Virus record (IMG/VR): IMGVR_UViG_3300009537_000002
Location: 23,821 to 87,820 of that record
Origin: a virus
DNA: 64,000 nucleotides
Strand: one strand, 5' to 3'
The translations under genes were made by a program, and so were the position numbers. A model generated the notes under the pieces. That model was not told the DNA's origin. It made no database searches and saw only the letters and a program-made list of their open reading frames with translations. Position 1 is the stretch's first letter. Every line of letters begins with the position of its first letter. Of the stretch, positions 9,034 to 19,839 are shown piece by piece.

Positions 9034-10978
9034 CGCTAGTCCACTCCAAGGTAATTGAGTCTCCTCCAGGGAATACACCACTCACAGAGACATCAACACC
9101 ATACGCCTTGGCTGCTGGATACACACCCGCTGCCGTGTGTCTCTCAACAATATCTCGCACTTGGTTTTGGGTAAAGTTACCACCAGCATCCTCGAGAATG
9201 TCGACAGGTACTTCAACCAGATAGGAAGCATTACCTGGGTATGGCGTGCCATCCCAGTAGCCCTCGTCCCAGAACCACTGAACTTCGGGGCTGGTCGGTA
9301 GAATCTCTTCAACCTCAGTATCAATGATCCCGCCTCCTCGGCGTCTTGAATCTATCCTTGAGAGTTCAGATGGATGGGCAGCCGGTGCCGACGTAATATC
9401 ACCAAGTACAAGGAAGTCACCGAGCTGGGTGCCTTCCACAGTGAAACTGTCAACGAACAACACATGAGGCTCTGCTGGTTTCCAAGCGGGGAACTCTTCG
9501 TAATAGAGATCGACACCACTAACTGTGTAGAGCTGAGTGTCGTTATCAAAGTCAGGCCAGTTGGACTCAACCACTCGGCCTGTTTCGTCAGACTTCAGGA
9601 AGAACAATGTTTGAGACTTACTTGTGCTTGCGGTGTCTGGATCAATAAACAGGCTGACTCGAGAAGATAAAGCATTACGATTGCTGATCGGATTGAAGTT
9701 GACCAGTGTAAATTCATACTTGTCCTCATTATAGAAGTAGCTGCTAGTGACTTTCCATCCACTCTTTAGTGGCAGCCCGTCAATGTCTACAAAACCAGTT
9801 GCATGATCAACACTACGAATGCCCAGCCTGGTAGCATTGCTCCATTGAGTCCAAGCTTTTCCGTTGGTTGCGACATTTCCAACAATGCTAGAATCAGTTG
9901 TGAAAGCGGCCTGTCCAACGTCATCGGCATCATTGATCATCAAGCTAACAAAAAGAGACAGATCATCGTCCTCAAAGATATTCTCTTGATCTAACTTAAC
10001 CAGAGTACCACTCAAGATAGTAGAAGTTTCTGTTCCTACATTCTTGATAGGTGGTTCAGGTGTAAACACCTGGCTCAAGAACTCAGCGATGTGATACTTA
10101 CGTAGGCCACCATTGACATTGGTAAAAAACTTACCGTTGGTGACACGCACAAACCATGAGTCTTGAATCCCCTGGGGCACCGGAGGTAGAATTTCGATTC
10201 GTGCTGCAGACAAAGGCTCAAACGCATAGTCACTTACAATAGGCAATGTGACCTCAAATCCAGAGGCAATCTCTTCGATTAGGTAAACTTTGCGACCATC
10301 TGTTTTGATAGTCAAAGTGGGTGTTAGGTCGTCAAACTCTGCGACACGGAACACTGTCTCATTGTCCAGTAGATTTACGTGTGTGTTGATGGTTCCGTTA
10401 TCGTTGACGACAAACTTCACATAGTAGGCAGTGAAGTTGCCAGAGTCCGTGAAGCTAGAATCTAGATTGTTGTAGACAATACCCAGGGTGCGATCGATCT
10501 TGAGTTCAGACACACGAATAGGCTGCAGCAACCCATCTAGCAATGTGACCTCGAGTAGACTAACACCTGTTGCTAGATTTCCATTAGCATCTCGAGGTAT
10601 CAGATCAGAACTCAGTGTGTGCTTAAAAAACAGAGGCAACGGACTAATTGTATTAGTCTCGTCTACAAAGACATCGGTAACAACAAAGTTCTCTGTGTTG
10701 ATAGTAAATACTTTGACGTTAGAGACCGTTGTGAAGCTCAGGTCACGAACACGGTTAGCCTGCAACGAAGTAGAACGGTCAGCAATGGACAGATTGGCCG
10801 AAGATGATACATCCCGACCACCAACAAAGGAGACATTAACCGCAACAGCAGGGACACTACTTCGGTATACTACCTCTTCACGACGCTTGATAACGTTGAT
10901 CTGGGTATCAACATTAGTGTCAAAGTTAACTGACCCAACCGTGAATTCATGTCCCAGCCCATCAATTGATACTGTCAT
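9023..10978 (-). CDS. Baseplate/tail-associated structural protein
   Basis: 651 aa ORF between fibre and baseplate genes; ends in SITLEWTSDEY, an FN3 first-strand-like segment. Confidence 0.5.
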   Translation of the reverse strand: MTVSIDGLGHEFTVGSVNFDTNVDTQINVIKRREEVVYRSSVPAVAVNVSFVGGRDVSSSANLSIADRSTSLQANRVRDLSFTTVSNVKVFTINTENFVVTDVFVDETNTISPLPLFFKHTLSSDLIPRDANGNLATGVSLLEVTLLDGLLQPIRVSELKIDRTLGIVYNNLDSSFTDSGNFTAYYVKFVVNDNGTINTHVNLLDNETVFRVAEFDDLTPTLTIKTDGRKVYLIEEIASGFEVTLPIVSDYAFEPLSAARIEILPPVPQGIQDSWFVRVTNGKFFTNVNGGLRKYHIAEFLSQVFTPEPPIKNVGTETSTILSGTLVKLDQENIFEDDDLSLFVSLMINDADDVGQAAFTTDSSIVGNVATNGKAWTQWSNATRLGIRSVDHATGFVDIDGLPLKSGWKVTSSYFYNEDKYEFTLVNFNPISNRNALSSRVSLFIDPDTASTSKSQTLFFLKSDETGRVVESNWPDFDNDTQLYTVSGVDLYYEEFPAWKPAEPHVLFVDSFTVEGTQLGDFLVLGDITSAPAAHPSELSRIDSRRRGGGIIDTEVEEILPTSPEVQWFWDEGYWDGTPYPGNASYLVEVPVDILEDAGGNFTQNQVRDIVERHTAAGVYPAAKAYGVDVSVSGVFPGGDSITLEWTSDEY

Positions 10979-10988
10979 ATATGAATCC

Positions 10989-13667
10989 TTAGTTACTAAT
11001 GTCCACTGTCATACCATAGAGTTGTACGGTGTTGTTAACATTGGCTACGGACATTTGCGCACGAACTTCCACTGCCGTAGTCGTTGCAAGGTCTACAGAA
11101 ACTTGGCTTGACCCGTGTCTAATGTCTGTCAAAGTCGGAGAGTTCCAATATATTGTAGTCCCTTGTCCCACAAAGTGAGTAGTGCCAGTATCCACGTCTT
11201 GAATATTAAAGACAGCATCGATCACAAAGTCATCATTTTGTGCATATGCATCGGCAGAGGTGTTCGCAACACTGACGCCATCGAAGTACAGATGGAATAT
11301 CACAGTGCCACCTGCGCCAGAGCCAACATTAGTTCCATGAGCACGAACCCTCACGGTTGTGCCCTCAACAAGAGTGTTAGCCGGAATCGTATGGCTCTGC
11401 GCAAAGGCTGTTAGAGCAGCTGTATTAGAAATTGTGTCTGAACTGTTTGTGCCTGCAAATACATTCTGCACCATAGTGCCGTCGTGGATACCCTTAACGC
11501 CTTCCTCGTCCATGGTGCAAATCTTAGTCCATGTCACTGCATCACCAGAGCTCGCTGAGTCGGGTGCTGTGTAGAAACCAAATTCACCGTAGTTGTTGTC
11601 TTCGATTATTTGCAGGCGAGCTCCAGGCTCATTTTCGTGGATGTATTCCCAGGCACTTCCAGCAGTTGCAAATGCATTCCAATACATGTTGACCCGGCCG
11701 TTGCCATCCTGTGTCGACACAACGAACGCACCATCTACATCCAATATGGCAAGACTTGTCCCAGATATAGTTCCTCCAATACCTGAGCCAGAGTCAGCAT
11801 CGAAATCCTCTACTTGTCCCAGCTGTATATTACCCTCGACCGTAAGACCACTGGTTAGGTTAGTGACCTGGGTAGTCGTTTTGACTCCTGTATTACCGTC
11901 AATGAATGTTTCACCACTGTTTCGCACGCGGAGGAGCAACTTATCCCAGGTAGATCCAGCACTGAATGTACTATCTCCAAAAACGGAAAATGAGTCACTG
12001 TCGTCGTTTGCAGAAATCTTTAATACAATGTGGCCACCGGCTACACCTTGTAGAGTCGTACCAAAAGCACTACCACCTTGCAGTGTAATGCTCTCGCTTG
12101 GAATGATCCTTAACTCATTGCTGCTACCTTGCTGCTGAACACGGAAAGAAGGAATGCCTCCTGGGCTGGCAACATAGACGCTCACTCCTGAGTGACTACC
12201 GAAGTAGATTCTGCGACTCTCTGTTGGAGTAGAATCCAAGTAAATACCACCACCAGCATCCGCATTAGATGCCATGACAAGATCGCCCAACATAGCGTTG
12301 TCATTTGGATCACGACGGCGTGCTCCACTCTCACCTTGTGAACCTGCTCGAGAGAGCAAAGACACGTGAGTATCCTTTTCCCATCTACTGCCAAACCAAC
12401 GAGGCACATCTGTTGGATATCGAGCATCATGACCATTCGTCGTGTAGCTAGATGTTGGTGGATTCTGGTCGTCGAGATCGTCATGGGACATCACGGCCGT
12501 TTGGTCACCAGTGTTGTCGTGCCTGTGACGTAGCATCCTGGAGATGGCTTGCCACATAGAACGCGCCACAGGACCACCACAAGTGATCAATACTAGACCA
12601 GAAGAATTGTAGCTGGCCTCGGTCTCGTCAGCAGTAGAGACAGAACTGAAATCAAACTCAGAAGATGAAACCTGGATCACCCATGGATTGCCTGACTGAG
12701 AGCCTACTGGCTTTGAAAAGACAACGTCTTCAATGACGGTCTTTGTAGTCGCATTATAGAGGTACAGAAATCCGCTAGGATATTCTGCCCCTGAAGCAAG
12801 GCTGCTGTGCGCATCGAGAATCTCTTTTGGCAGATGATATCTGTAGTGCTCATGTGCCAAGGCCGCAATGGATGAGCTCTGCCAGTATTTGAATGGAGGA
12901 CCAGCCACCGTACCTCTGTTGTTGGCATCACCAGCTTCTGTAGAAGTTGGATACTTGTCAGGGCGTGACTCTTCGCCTGCGTGACCTGTGCCCAGGGCGC
13001 CAAATGTAATGGGCATACGCGGCGGGAGATGAATCAAAAAGTTGCCTGTGTCGGTTGAGACACGACAAGAAGTGAAGTCTGTTTGACGAGGATCGGGAAT
13101 AACACCAGGCAGAACCTCTTGCCCAGTTTCCCACGTAGTTGGATCAACGGTGTAGCGAAGAATGGTGGTAGCAGCAAATTCGCTGTCCACCCTAAACTTG
13201 CCATCGGAATCAGAGACATACCACTCATCAGATAGAGGCGCCCCATTGTTAGGGTCGCCGACGTCATACTCGTTGGTCTTTCGAGATCCCACACCAAATA
13301 CCGTAGGGCCTGCGACTTGAGCTGGAGTGGTTCCGGTCTTTGGTGCCCAATTGAGATACCCAACGATTTCTTCACTGTTCCTCTCTCCAAGCCTCTCGTC
13401 AAACTCGAAGTCATTTGTGAGGTAATAGAGTGCTGGATTCAGATACTTGTTTTCACCAAGTAGTCTAGCCAAGTTGGGGATCTGGTTAGGATTGTCAGTC
13501 AGGATGGAGTCCCCAGATTGATTCCACAAATCACCGATAGCCTTCTCGAGAACGGCTGAGCCGCTCCTGGACTGTGTCGCAACAGCGGTAAGTTTCTCGG
13601 CCGTAGGCTGCTCGCCATCTGAGAACGAGATGTTTAATGGCTGAGTTTTACGGAGCTTGTCGGTCAT
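10989..13667 (-). CDS. Tail fibre / receptor-binding protein
   Basis: 892 aa ORF with GGAGG RBS. N-terminal anchor-like region; Gly/Ser/Thr-rich beta segments with fibre-type motifs (GNTGVKTTTQ, GLTVEGNIQLG). Confidence 0.6.
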   Translation of the reverse strand: MTDKLRKTQPLNISFSDGEQPTAEKLTAVATQSRSGSAVLEKAIGDLWNQSGDSILTDNPNQIPNLARLLGENKYLNPALYYLTNDFEFDERLGERNSEEIVGYLNWAPKTGTTPAQVAGPTVFGVGSRKTNEYDVGDPNNGAPLSDEWYVSDSDGKFRVDSEFAATTILRYTVDPTTWETGQEVLPGVIPDPRQTDFTSCRVSTDTGNFLIHLPPRMPITFGALGTGHAGEESRPDKYPTSTEAGDANNRGTVAGPPFKYWQSSSIAALAHEHYRYHLPKEILDAHSSLASGAEYPSGFLYLYNATTKTVIEDVVFSKPVGSQSGNPWVIQVSSSEFDFSSVSTADETEASYNSSGLVLITCGGPVARSMWQAISRMLRHRHDNTGDQTAVMSHDDLDDQNPPTSSYTTNGHDARYPTDVPRWFGSRWEKDTHVSLLSRAGSQGESGARRRDPNDNAMLGDLVMASNADAGGGIYLDSTPTESRRIYFGSHSGVSVYVASPGGIPSFRVQQQGSSNELRIIPSESITLQGGSAFGTTLQGVAGGHIVLKISANDDSDSFSVFGDSTFSAGSTWDKLLLRVRNSGETFIDGNTGVKTTTQVTNLTSGLTVEGNIQLGQVEDFDADSGSGIGGTISGTSLAILDVDGAFVVSTQDGNGRVNMYWNAFATAGSAWEYIHENEPGARLQIIEDNNYGEFGFYTAPDSASSGDAVTWTKICTMDEEGVKGIHDGTMVQNVFAGTNSSDTISNTAALTAFAQSHTIPANTLVEGTTVRVRAHGTNVGSGAGGTVIFHLYFDGVSVANTSADAYAQNDDFVIDAVFNIQDVDTGTTHFVGQGTTIYWNSPTLTDIRHGSSQVSVDLATTTAVEVRAQMSVANVNNTVQLYGMTVDISN

Positions 13668-13697
13668 CCTTGTGTCCTCCGGGCATAATTGTCTTGA

Positions 13698-16094
13698 TTA
13701 TACAGAGAAATGCCCACTTGGTAAAATGTCGTTAGGATTGAGGTATGTAATCTGGTCCATCACTGATGCTACTGTAACACCCGTAGACTTCAACCTCCAC
13801 CCCAGTGGAATTTCAGCAGGACAGTCCATTGGTTCCACAACATCCAAGCCAGACAGGGTTGGGTCTCCTGTACCAGTAGGTGGCATCAAGGACGCAATTG
13901 TCATAGATACAGTATCACCTCGACGGGTCCTCCTGAACCATTCCACATAGCTCTCATAGATACCTGATACGTGTACAAAGTCTCTCTCGTCTAGATAGGC
14001 ACGATAGAAGTCAGCAATTCCAGAGGTGGCATCGATTGAACCATCAGAGATATCAAAGACGTCCTTGTGTTTGGTCAGCAAACCTGCGGGTATATCATTT
14101 AGCACATCACAGAAGAATGTACCATTGACACTATCTGGCACTTGAACCTCAAGCTCAATAACGTTGGAGAAGATTCTCCTATTGGTGCGACTGTTCGTAA
14201 CAAACGCCTGCATGCTAGTCTGGGCATCACCAACGGCAAAGTATGCCTTTGTGTCGCTTGAGCCAGGCAAGTCTAGCAAGGTGCCCGAGTAGGTCATTCG
14301 GAGAATCGGCGCTGATGCTGTACCAATGTTTTCCACAGAGCTAGGATGCAAAGGTACTAGGATACCAGGCTCAATAAAGCCGGTATGTGGATTCATGGTT
14401 CCTGCCCGAGTTGTTAGCATCAGAGTCTTCTTGCCCTTCGCAATCTCACTGACGCCGTATGTCTCAATGGGCAGAAGGTCATTGTTGGTGCGGTACTGCT
14501 CTTCGAATGCTTGTGTGGCTTGAACACCGCTGACAATATTTTCATCATCTAGGTAATCGGTGTAGTAAGTGGCCTCATCAGCTTCAGCAATGCCCAGCAC
14601 CTCATCAAAGGCGTGTACCTTGTAGAGGAAGATACCACTGACAGTAGTTGGTGGAACCACACCAGCAACATCAATAACAGTGTCACCGCCAGAGTGGCTA
14701 ACTACTGTTGAAGCTCGACCGAGCCCTTGTACTGTCACTGGAGAGTTGTAGAACGTTCTAGCATTACCGTCAGAGCCAGTGATGGCAGTAGTCTCTGTAG
14801 CTGTTGCACCAAATGTACCAACCTGTGGATCTAAGATTTGGAACGTGACTTCTTGTCCCTCGAGAACGTCGCCATCAGCGCTTCTCACCTCTGCAATCAT
14901 TTCACCAATGTTGTTGCCCAACTGAATGATAAACGGATTCACTTGAGGCAAAGTAGAGGTCAATGTAATAGAAGCAGGATCAACAGCCTGTGTGGTCACC
15001 TGTACAAACCCTCTACTGGCAGATGATTGTACGGGATTCGTATCTGCAGCAGCAGAGTAGGCCAGGATGTCATCAAGTGTGCCCTCTGGTTCATATTGAG
15101 CAGCCACAGCAGTTGTGTAGTAGACACCAATGCGGGAACCAACTGTTGGGATAATACCCATACCGGTAGACAGAAGCGCATCGTGGTCACCGAAGGTTAG
15201 CGTGCCACGGTCTTTGTCCATCTTCACTTCTACTCCAGAGACAGAGAAATCGGTCAATGGATCAATAACGGTCCACTCTGTTGGAACGTTAGGATCCAAC
15301 CAACTCCAGACTTCTACATCCTGACTTGGGTCAACAGGAGACAGTGTCATCTGGAAGGACTGATCAGCATTACCATCCGACACACCAACAAGATCTAGCG
15401 CATTGATAGCAGCTGGGTCAGCCGTGCCAGAGACCGTGAGTGTGATTGCTCCACCCACCAATTCATTGTATTCACCATTGAGTCTAAGCTGAGGAGGACG
15501 AAAGCTAGTGTCCAAGATAAATTCAGGTTCTTCTCCAGAAACCGTGAACGCTACCTTCTTGCGGAAGTTCCGCCTCACTTCGTGTCTAGCAAGAACCCTG
15601 TTGAACTGCCAGTTGCGCACAAAAATCGGAATAGTAGGCTTGTAGTTCTGGGTCAGGGTCAGTACCTGTTGACCGTTGTCAACACCAGTAGTCGTGAAGT
15701 ATTCGGTCAGGTGAGAGTCACTAAAAAGGAACCACTCTTCATCACGCACATAGAAGTATCCATGTTGTAGTTGTGGTGCCCAAACATCTACACCTGACAA
15801 CGTAACTTCCTGGATGTCCAGAAGTAGCAGATCCTCATTGTCACCGAAACCTGATTGTAGATCAGCTTCGTCAATACCTGATAACGTTGGATCCCAAATA
15901 GACGGAGCGAACGCTGCAGCTCGAAACTCACCTTCCTCAGGCCACGACCGACCGTCCCACTTCCACCCCTGAATAGTCTTGTCGGTGCCTGGATGTGGAA
16001 CAGTAGTGAACTGCGATTGCTGACCGATCAACTTGTCTTCCACTCTTGTGAATACATGAGTGATCGTATCAATGTTAACTGTGAAGGCTGGCAT
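13698..16094 (-). CDS. Baseplate wedge-like protein with bacterial Ig-like (Big_1-type) domain
   Basis: 798 aa. GVSDGNADQSF...DKDRGTLTFGD...GIIP resembles wedge/gp6-type modules; AEVRSADGDVLEGQEVTF...TGSDGNARTFY is an Ig-like pattern. Confidence 0.55.
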   Translation of the reverse strand: MPAFTVNIDTITHVFTRVEDKLIGQQSQFTTVPHPGTDKTIQGWKWDGRSWPEEGEFRAAAFAPSIWDPTLSGIDEADLQSGFGDNEDLLLLDIQEVTLSGVDVWAPQLQHGYFYVRDEEWFLFSDSHLTEYFTTTGVDNGQQVLTLTQNYKPTIPIFVRNWQFNRVLARHEVRRNFRKKVAFTVSGEEPEFILDTSFRPPQLRLNGEYNELVGGAITLTVSGTADPAAINALDLVGVSDGNADQSFQMTLSPVDPSQDVEVWSWLDPNVPTEWTVIDPLTDFSVSGVEVKMDKDRGTLTFGDHDALLSTGMGIIPTVGSRIGVYYTTAVAAQYEPEGTLDDILAYSAAADTNPVQSSASRGFVQVTTQAVDPASITLTSTLPQVNPFIIQLGNNIGEMIAEVRSADGDVLEGQEVTFQILDPQVGTFGATATETTAITGSDGNARTFYNSPVTVQGLGRASTVVSHSGGDTVIDVAGVVPPTTVSGIFLYKVHAFDEVLGIAEADEATYYTDYLDDENIVSGVQATQAFEEQYRTNNDLLPIETYGVSEIAKGKKTLMLTTRAGTMNPHTGFIEPGILVPLHPSSVENIGTASAPILRMTYSGTLLDLPGSSDTKAYFAVGDAQTSMQAFVTNSRTNRRIFSNVIELEVQVPDSVNGTFFCDVLNDIPAGLLTKHKDVFDISDGSIDATSGIADFYRAYLDERDFVHVSGIYESYVEWFRRTRRGDTVSMTIASLMPPTGTGDPTLSGLDVVEPMDCPAEIPLGWRLKSTGVTVASVMDQITYLNPNDILPSGHFSV

Positions 16095-16993
16095 TATAAC
16101 CCCCAGTTAGCTGGAAAAACACTCATCAGCTCATTGATAACATCTGCACCTAGCGCAGTGGGTAGCCCATTGGAATCGACACCGTCGTCGCCCGTGATTT
16201 GTTCAAACATCTTGGTCTTGAAATCATCAGACTGCAGGTTATGGATAACAACCGGACTGGACTCTGCAACGAAGTTGTCGTTGCGATAGGAGTATTTCAC
16301 AAAGGAGCCTGAGGCAGGAGCAGCTCTAGCTAGGATGAGCCCTTCTTTGTGATTGATAGTGTAATCCCCCGGCCGCTCAAGCTCAATCTCGGTGTTCACC
16401 AGTCTAGTCAGATTAGGTGAACGAACAGTTACGGTACCAGGAATTAGATTGTTGTTAGCCAAGACAATCCTGGAACCAGCTCCACTGATCTGTTCCACAG
16501 GGATCTGTACCACAGAGCTCTGATTGAAGATTGTCATAGACCTCTTGTTGGCAGGAATCAGACCCGTGAGGGTGGCCACAAAGAACCCTGTGCCATTGAT
16601 GGTATTCCTGAGCTCTTCCAGAGTCCATGACCCTCCTTCTCGGTCAAATCTCTCAATGGTTTGCAGAATAGTCCTCTGCCCGAAGTCGCTATAGAGGATA
16701 CATTTGGTCTCTTCGAAGACTACGGCAGGACTAGGCAGGAGGGGGTCATCATTGCTGTTCTTGAGAGGAACGATAGTCATCGTGTCCTCTATCTCCAGAC
16801 CAAGCTCTCGAGTGATGCCATTGATAAGACCACGGTAGGTGGACCCCGCCCTGCGAACAAACACGTCCAGAAGCCGCTTCTTGTAAGCGGGATTTCTCTC
16901 TGCCTCCAAACGAATGAGTCCGAGCAAAACACCATGGCGATCAAACTCATTGAACACCTGATGTGACTCAGGGACTGCGCTAATCCTAGCCAT
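16094..16993 (-). CDS. Putative baseplate wedge protein
   Basis: 299 aa. LGLIRLEAERNPAYKKRLL...STYRGLINGITRELG resembles wedge/gpI-type N-termini; follows the baseplate J-like gene. Confidence 0.45.
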   Translation of the reverse strand: MARISAVPESHQVFNEFDRHGVLLGLIRLEAERNPAYKKRLLDVFVRRAGSTYRGLINGITRELGLEIEDTMTIVPLKNSNDDPLLPSPAVVFEETKCILYSDFGQRTILQTIERFDREGGSWTLEELRNTINGTGFFVATLTGLIPANKRSMTIFNQSSVVQIPVEQISGAGSRIVLANNNLIPGTVTVRSPNLTRLVNTEIELERPGDYTINHKEGLILARAAPASGSFVKYSYRNDNFVAESSPVVIHNLQSDDFKTKMFEQITGDDGVDSNGLPTALGADVINELMSVFPANWGL

Positions 16994-18617
16994 CGGTCTC
17001 GATTCCTACCTCCTCGTAGTTTTCATGGAAGTACATGATTTTGTTTTCATAGTCGATCAACATTATATCCTTGTGCAGGTCAATACGGTAGTACTTGCCT
17101 GCAGCTAGGACCCACATCTTTTGATCGGCATCAAAATCGATACCCTCAATAGGATCGGGCACGAAGCTACTAATGTCGATGGTGGTCACGGGAGTTTTGA
17201 ATCTCGCCCTAAAAATCCTACGCCAGTTCTGTACCTCACCATCTACAAAGGTAGCCTCAAGCACCACAAGATACTCACCGCGCTGAGTAGTTGGAATAGA
17301 GATCAAGTTCTCTACGGTGCGTGTGATAGGTGTACCTTCAGGAACCTTATTCACGAAGTCGGAGGTAAATGCCACAGCTACACCATCTAACAGGCCAAAC
17401 TTCTGACCATCTGGGCGTTGATACCAGACACGATACTCAGCTAGCTCCTTAAGTGGTCGAGCATGCCATGGTTCAAATTCAATGTCTTCGCCCAGCAATA
17501 CGTCATAGGTATCGTACTCAAACTGAACGTGTGCACCAGCAGTGCTGTCTCGTGTTGCGTCTACACCAGACACAGTATTCTCGCTAAGGTCATAGGCATA
17601 AAGTTTGTTGTCGGCTGTTGCCACCCAGGCCAGGTCTTTGTAAGGCTGCAATGCTACATCTACACCACTCACCGTGATGTTGACTCCACTGATTGTGTCA
17701 GCTGTATCAACCAGTAGCTCCCAACTCTCCTTGACGTCCTTGGAAGAGAAGCCCAGGACTAGTTGCTGCCATTCGTCTGTTATGTACTCGATGCGATCTA
17801 ATGTAGGAATAGTTCCATTGTGGCCCAGATCCCAGAACTCATCAATCTTCTGTCTGTTCGGAGAGTACTTGATATTCCACGGAGAGATGTAGGGACCACC
17901 ATTGAAGTCAGCAGAGGTTATATCAATCTGAACCCCATCTTCCATATCAAAGGCCTGGACAGAAATAACCGTCTTCCAATCCTTGCGAGTCTTCTGCTTT
18001 TGGTCCCAACCAAAAATGAGAGTCTCTTCCTCAAACGTGTCTTTTCTGGTCTCACCACGCAGAGTGACCATACCGCGCTTAAGGCGATTGTCTTCCACAG
18101 ACAAGTACTCAACACCACCGGTAGTCTCGACAAAGATATCTCCGCCTTGAAGATGGTGTTGAAAGAGTCCAGTGACCGGAGCGTCAGGGAAATCTAGAGT
18201 GAGAAGACTGTGGTCTACACCACTGACCACTTCACCAAGGGTTGCACGGTTGGCAATAGATGTGTACCAGAAGCTCTCAATATCATTGTCATCGGCCAAG
18301 GCGACGGGATACCAAATGCCGCTGAACAACCCACTTGTAGTAGGAGCAACAGGACAAGGGAAGAGAGGGTCAGTATTATCTTCGTCAAACTCAAAGGTGA
18401 CCCCGAGTTGCACTCGATAGGTCAGGTCGATCTCATCTAGATTGGCTGTGGTCAGATACTGGTTATCACGCAGGAGCCTGAGCTGCTTCTCGAGCTTCTC
18501 GATAGGGAGACCCATACTGTTGAGGGTCTGGTACCCAAGCGATTGTTCGTCGATCCTGGTCTTGCTCCACGACGGAAATACGTTGACAAGCTCTTGAGAA
18601 ACATCACTCTTCTTCAT
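16986..18617 (-). CDS. Putative baseplate protein
   Basis: 543 aa ORF coupled to the baseplate J-like gene by TAATG. Confidence 0.45.
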   Translation of the reverse strand: MKKSDVSQELVNVFPSWSKTRIDEQSLGYQTLNSMGLPIEKLEKQLRLLRDNQYLTTANLDEIDLTYRVQLGVTFEFDEDNTDPLFPCPVAPTTSGLFSGIWYPVALADDNDIESFWYTSIANRATLGEVVSGVDHSLLTLDFPDAPVTGLFQHHLQGGDIFVETTGGVEYLSVEDNRLKRGMVTLRGETRKDTFEEETLIFGWDQKQKTRKDWKTVISVQAFDMEDGVQIDITSADFNGGPYISPWNIKYSPNRQKIDEFWDLGHNGTIPTLDRIEYITDEWQQLVLGFSSKDVKESWELLVDTADTISGVNITVSGVDVALQPYKDLAWVATADNKLYAYDLSENTVSGVDATRDSTAGAHVQFEYDTYDVLLGEDIEFEPWHARPLKELAEYRVWYQRPDGQKFGLLDGVAVAFTSDFVNKVPEGTPITRTVENLISIPTTQRGEYLVVLEATFVDGEVQNWRRIFRARFKTPVTTIDISSFVPDPIEGIDFDADQKMWVLAAGKYYRIDLHKDIMLIDYENKIMYFHENYEEVGIETDG

Positions 18618-19837
18618 TACGCTGACCTAAATAGAATTGGTGTTGCCCCCGCAAATCGGTTCTCCACAATCATTCTTTCGTCAGCCTCTGGGTCGAAGTC
18701 ATCAATGAGAGTACTCCTGACCTTGTTGTCTTCTAGTCTAGACGGTCTGAAGAGAAACAGATTGTCGAAGGGCTTTATGGTACTGCCCACTTTCTTAATC
18801 AAATCAGAAGTGGCCAATGTCCGCTCTAGTGCTTCTTGTACGACAAATTCCTCCCCAATGTCCAGGTTGTTGATATAATCTGTGACGTTCTGTGTAGCAG
18901 CCTCAAGGACCTGTGTCTCCTCGTCTGTAGTCAACAACCGACGATATTGTAACGTCCCAACTAAGGAAAAGCCTAGCTCCGAAGGGCCACGCACATTAGT
19001 AACAATCCCTTGGGATGTCACGTTAGACACAGACGTCTGAACAGTAGAGATTAGATCCACAGACACCGTTGGGGTGACAGACTTGACCAAGACGTCATAG
19101 GTACCGATTCCACGATGGAAAGGCAGCACAGTAATGTCGGCCACACCAGGCACAACCAGAGCAGCTAGCCTAATAGCAGTAGCGTTAGCTTGCTCAGCAG
19201 ATAGCGTTGCGTTAGCGATACGAAAACGATAGTTAGTGTCTGTCTCGACATCTCCACCATTGATTACATCAGCATCATTGGTGACCTTGAGAGTGTCATT
19301 GATGGAGTCCGTGTAGCCCGTAAAGTTGTGGAACCTGAGCTGGTTACGACCAACGTTCTGAGTGGACCCAGTCCTGGCGGCCTCCACTGATACAAAGGCC
19401 TCATCATCTGTTGCAGGCAAAACTGTGTCCACAATCACCCGATAGCGGACACCACTTGCTCCTGCTTCTGTGCTAATGATTGTTCCGGCCGTAACAGTAA
19501 TTGAGGATCCACCGTTGATGTCTCCAAAGGTGCCGATATCCACAGCAAACCGAACATTACGATCTTCAACCGAGACAGCAGCAGCCTGTTCACCTAGTCT
19601 AGCAATACCCATCATGTCGCCAAAGAAGTTCAGGAAGTCACCTTCAGCGGCATCCAGAAAGGCCTGAGCAAAATTCAGGTCAAAGGTGCTGTACATACGC
19701 CCAAGCTTCCTGCTGACAGCTTCAGCAAGACCACGCATCTTACTGCCTGGAGAGCTTCTAGTGATGATTGTGGAGTTGACCAGGTCATTGATCATCTCAC
19801 CGAAAATTCGTTCTTGGCTTTGGGCAAACAGCGGCAT
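18617..19837 (-). CDS. Baseplate J-like wedge protein
   Basis: 406 aa. VEAARTGSTQNV...GGDVETDTNYRFRI...VPGVADITV...GTYDVLV is the typical baseplate J pattern. Confidence 0.85.
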   Translation of the reverse strand: MPLFAQSQERIFGEMINDLVNSTIITRSSPGSKMRGLAEAVSRKLGRMYSTFDLNFAQAFLDAAEGDFLNFFGDMMGIARLGEQAAAVSVEDRNVRFAVDIGTFGDINGGSSITVTAGTIISTEAGASGVRYRVIVDTVLPATDDEAFVSVEAARTGSTQNVGRNQLRFHNFTGYTDSINDTLKVTNDADVINGGDVETDTNYRFRIANATLSAEQANATAIRLAALVVPGVADITVLPFHRGIGTYDVLVKSVTPTVSVDLISTVQTSVSNVTSQGIVTNVRGPSELGFSLVGTLQYRRLLTTDEETQVLEAATQNVTDYINNLDIGEEFVVQEALERTLATSDLIKKVGSTIKPFDNLFLFRPSRLEDNKVRSTLIDDFDPEADERMIVENRFAGATPILFRSA

Positions 19838-19839
19838 AC

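Noticed and set aside
13668-13697. Conserved phage promoter motif in short intergenic gaps
   Set aside because: Comparing the few gaps (13668, 39468, 44454, 47529, 57081) by eye showed no shared motif beyond RBS sequences.
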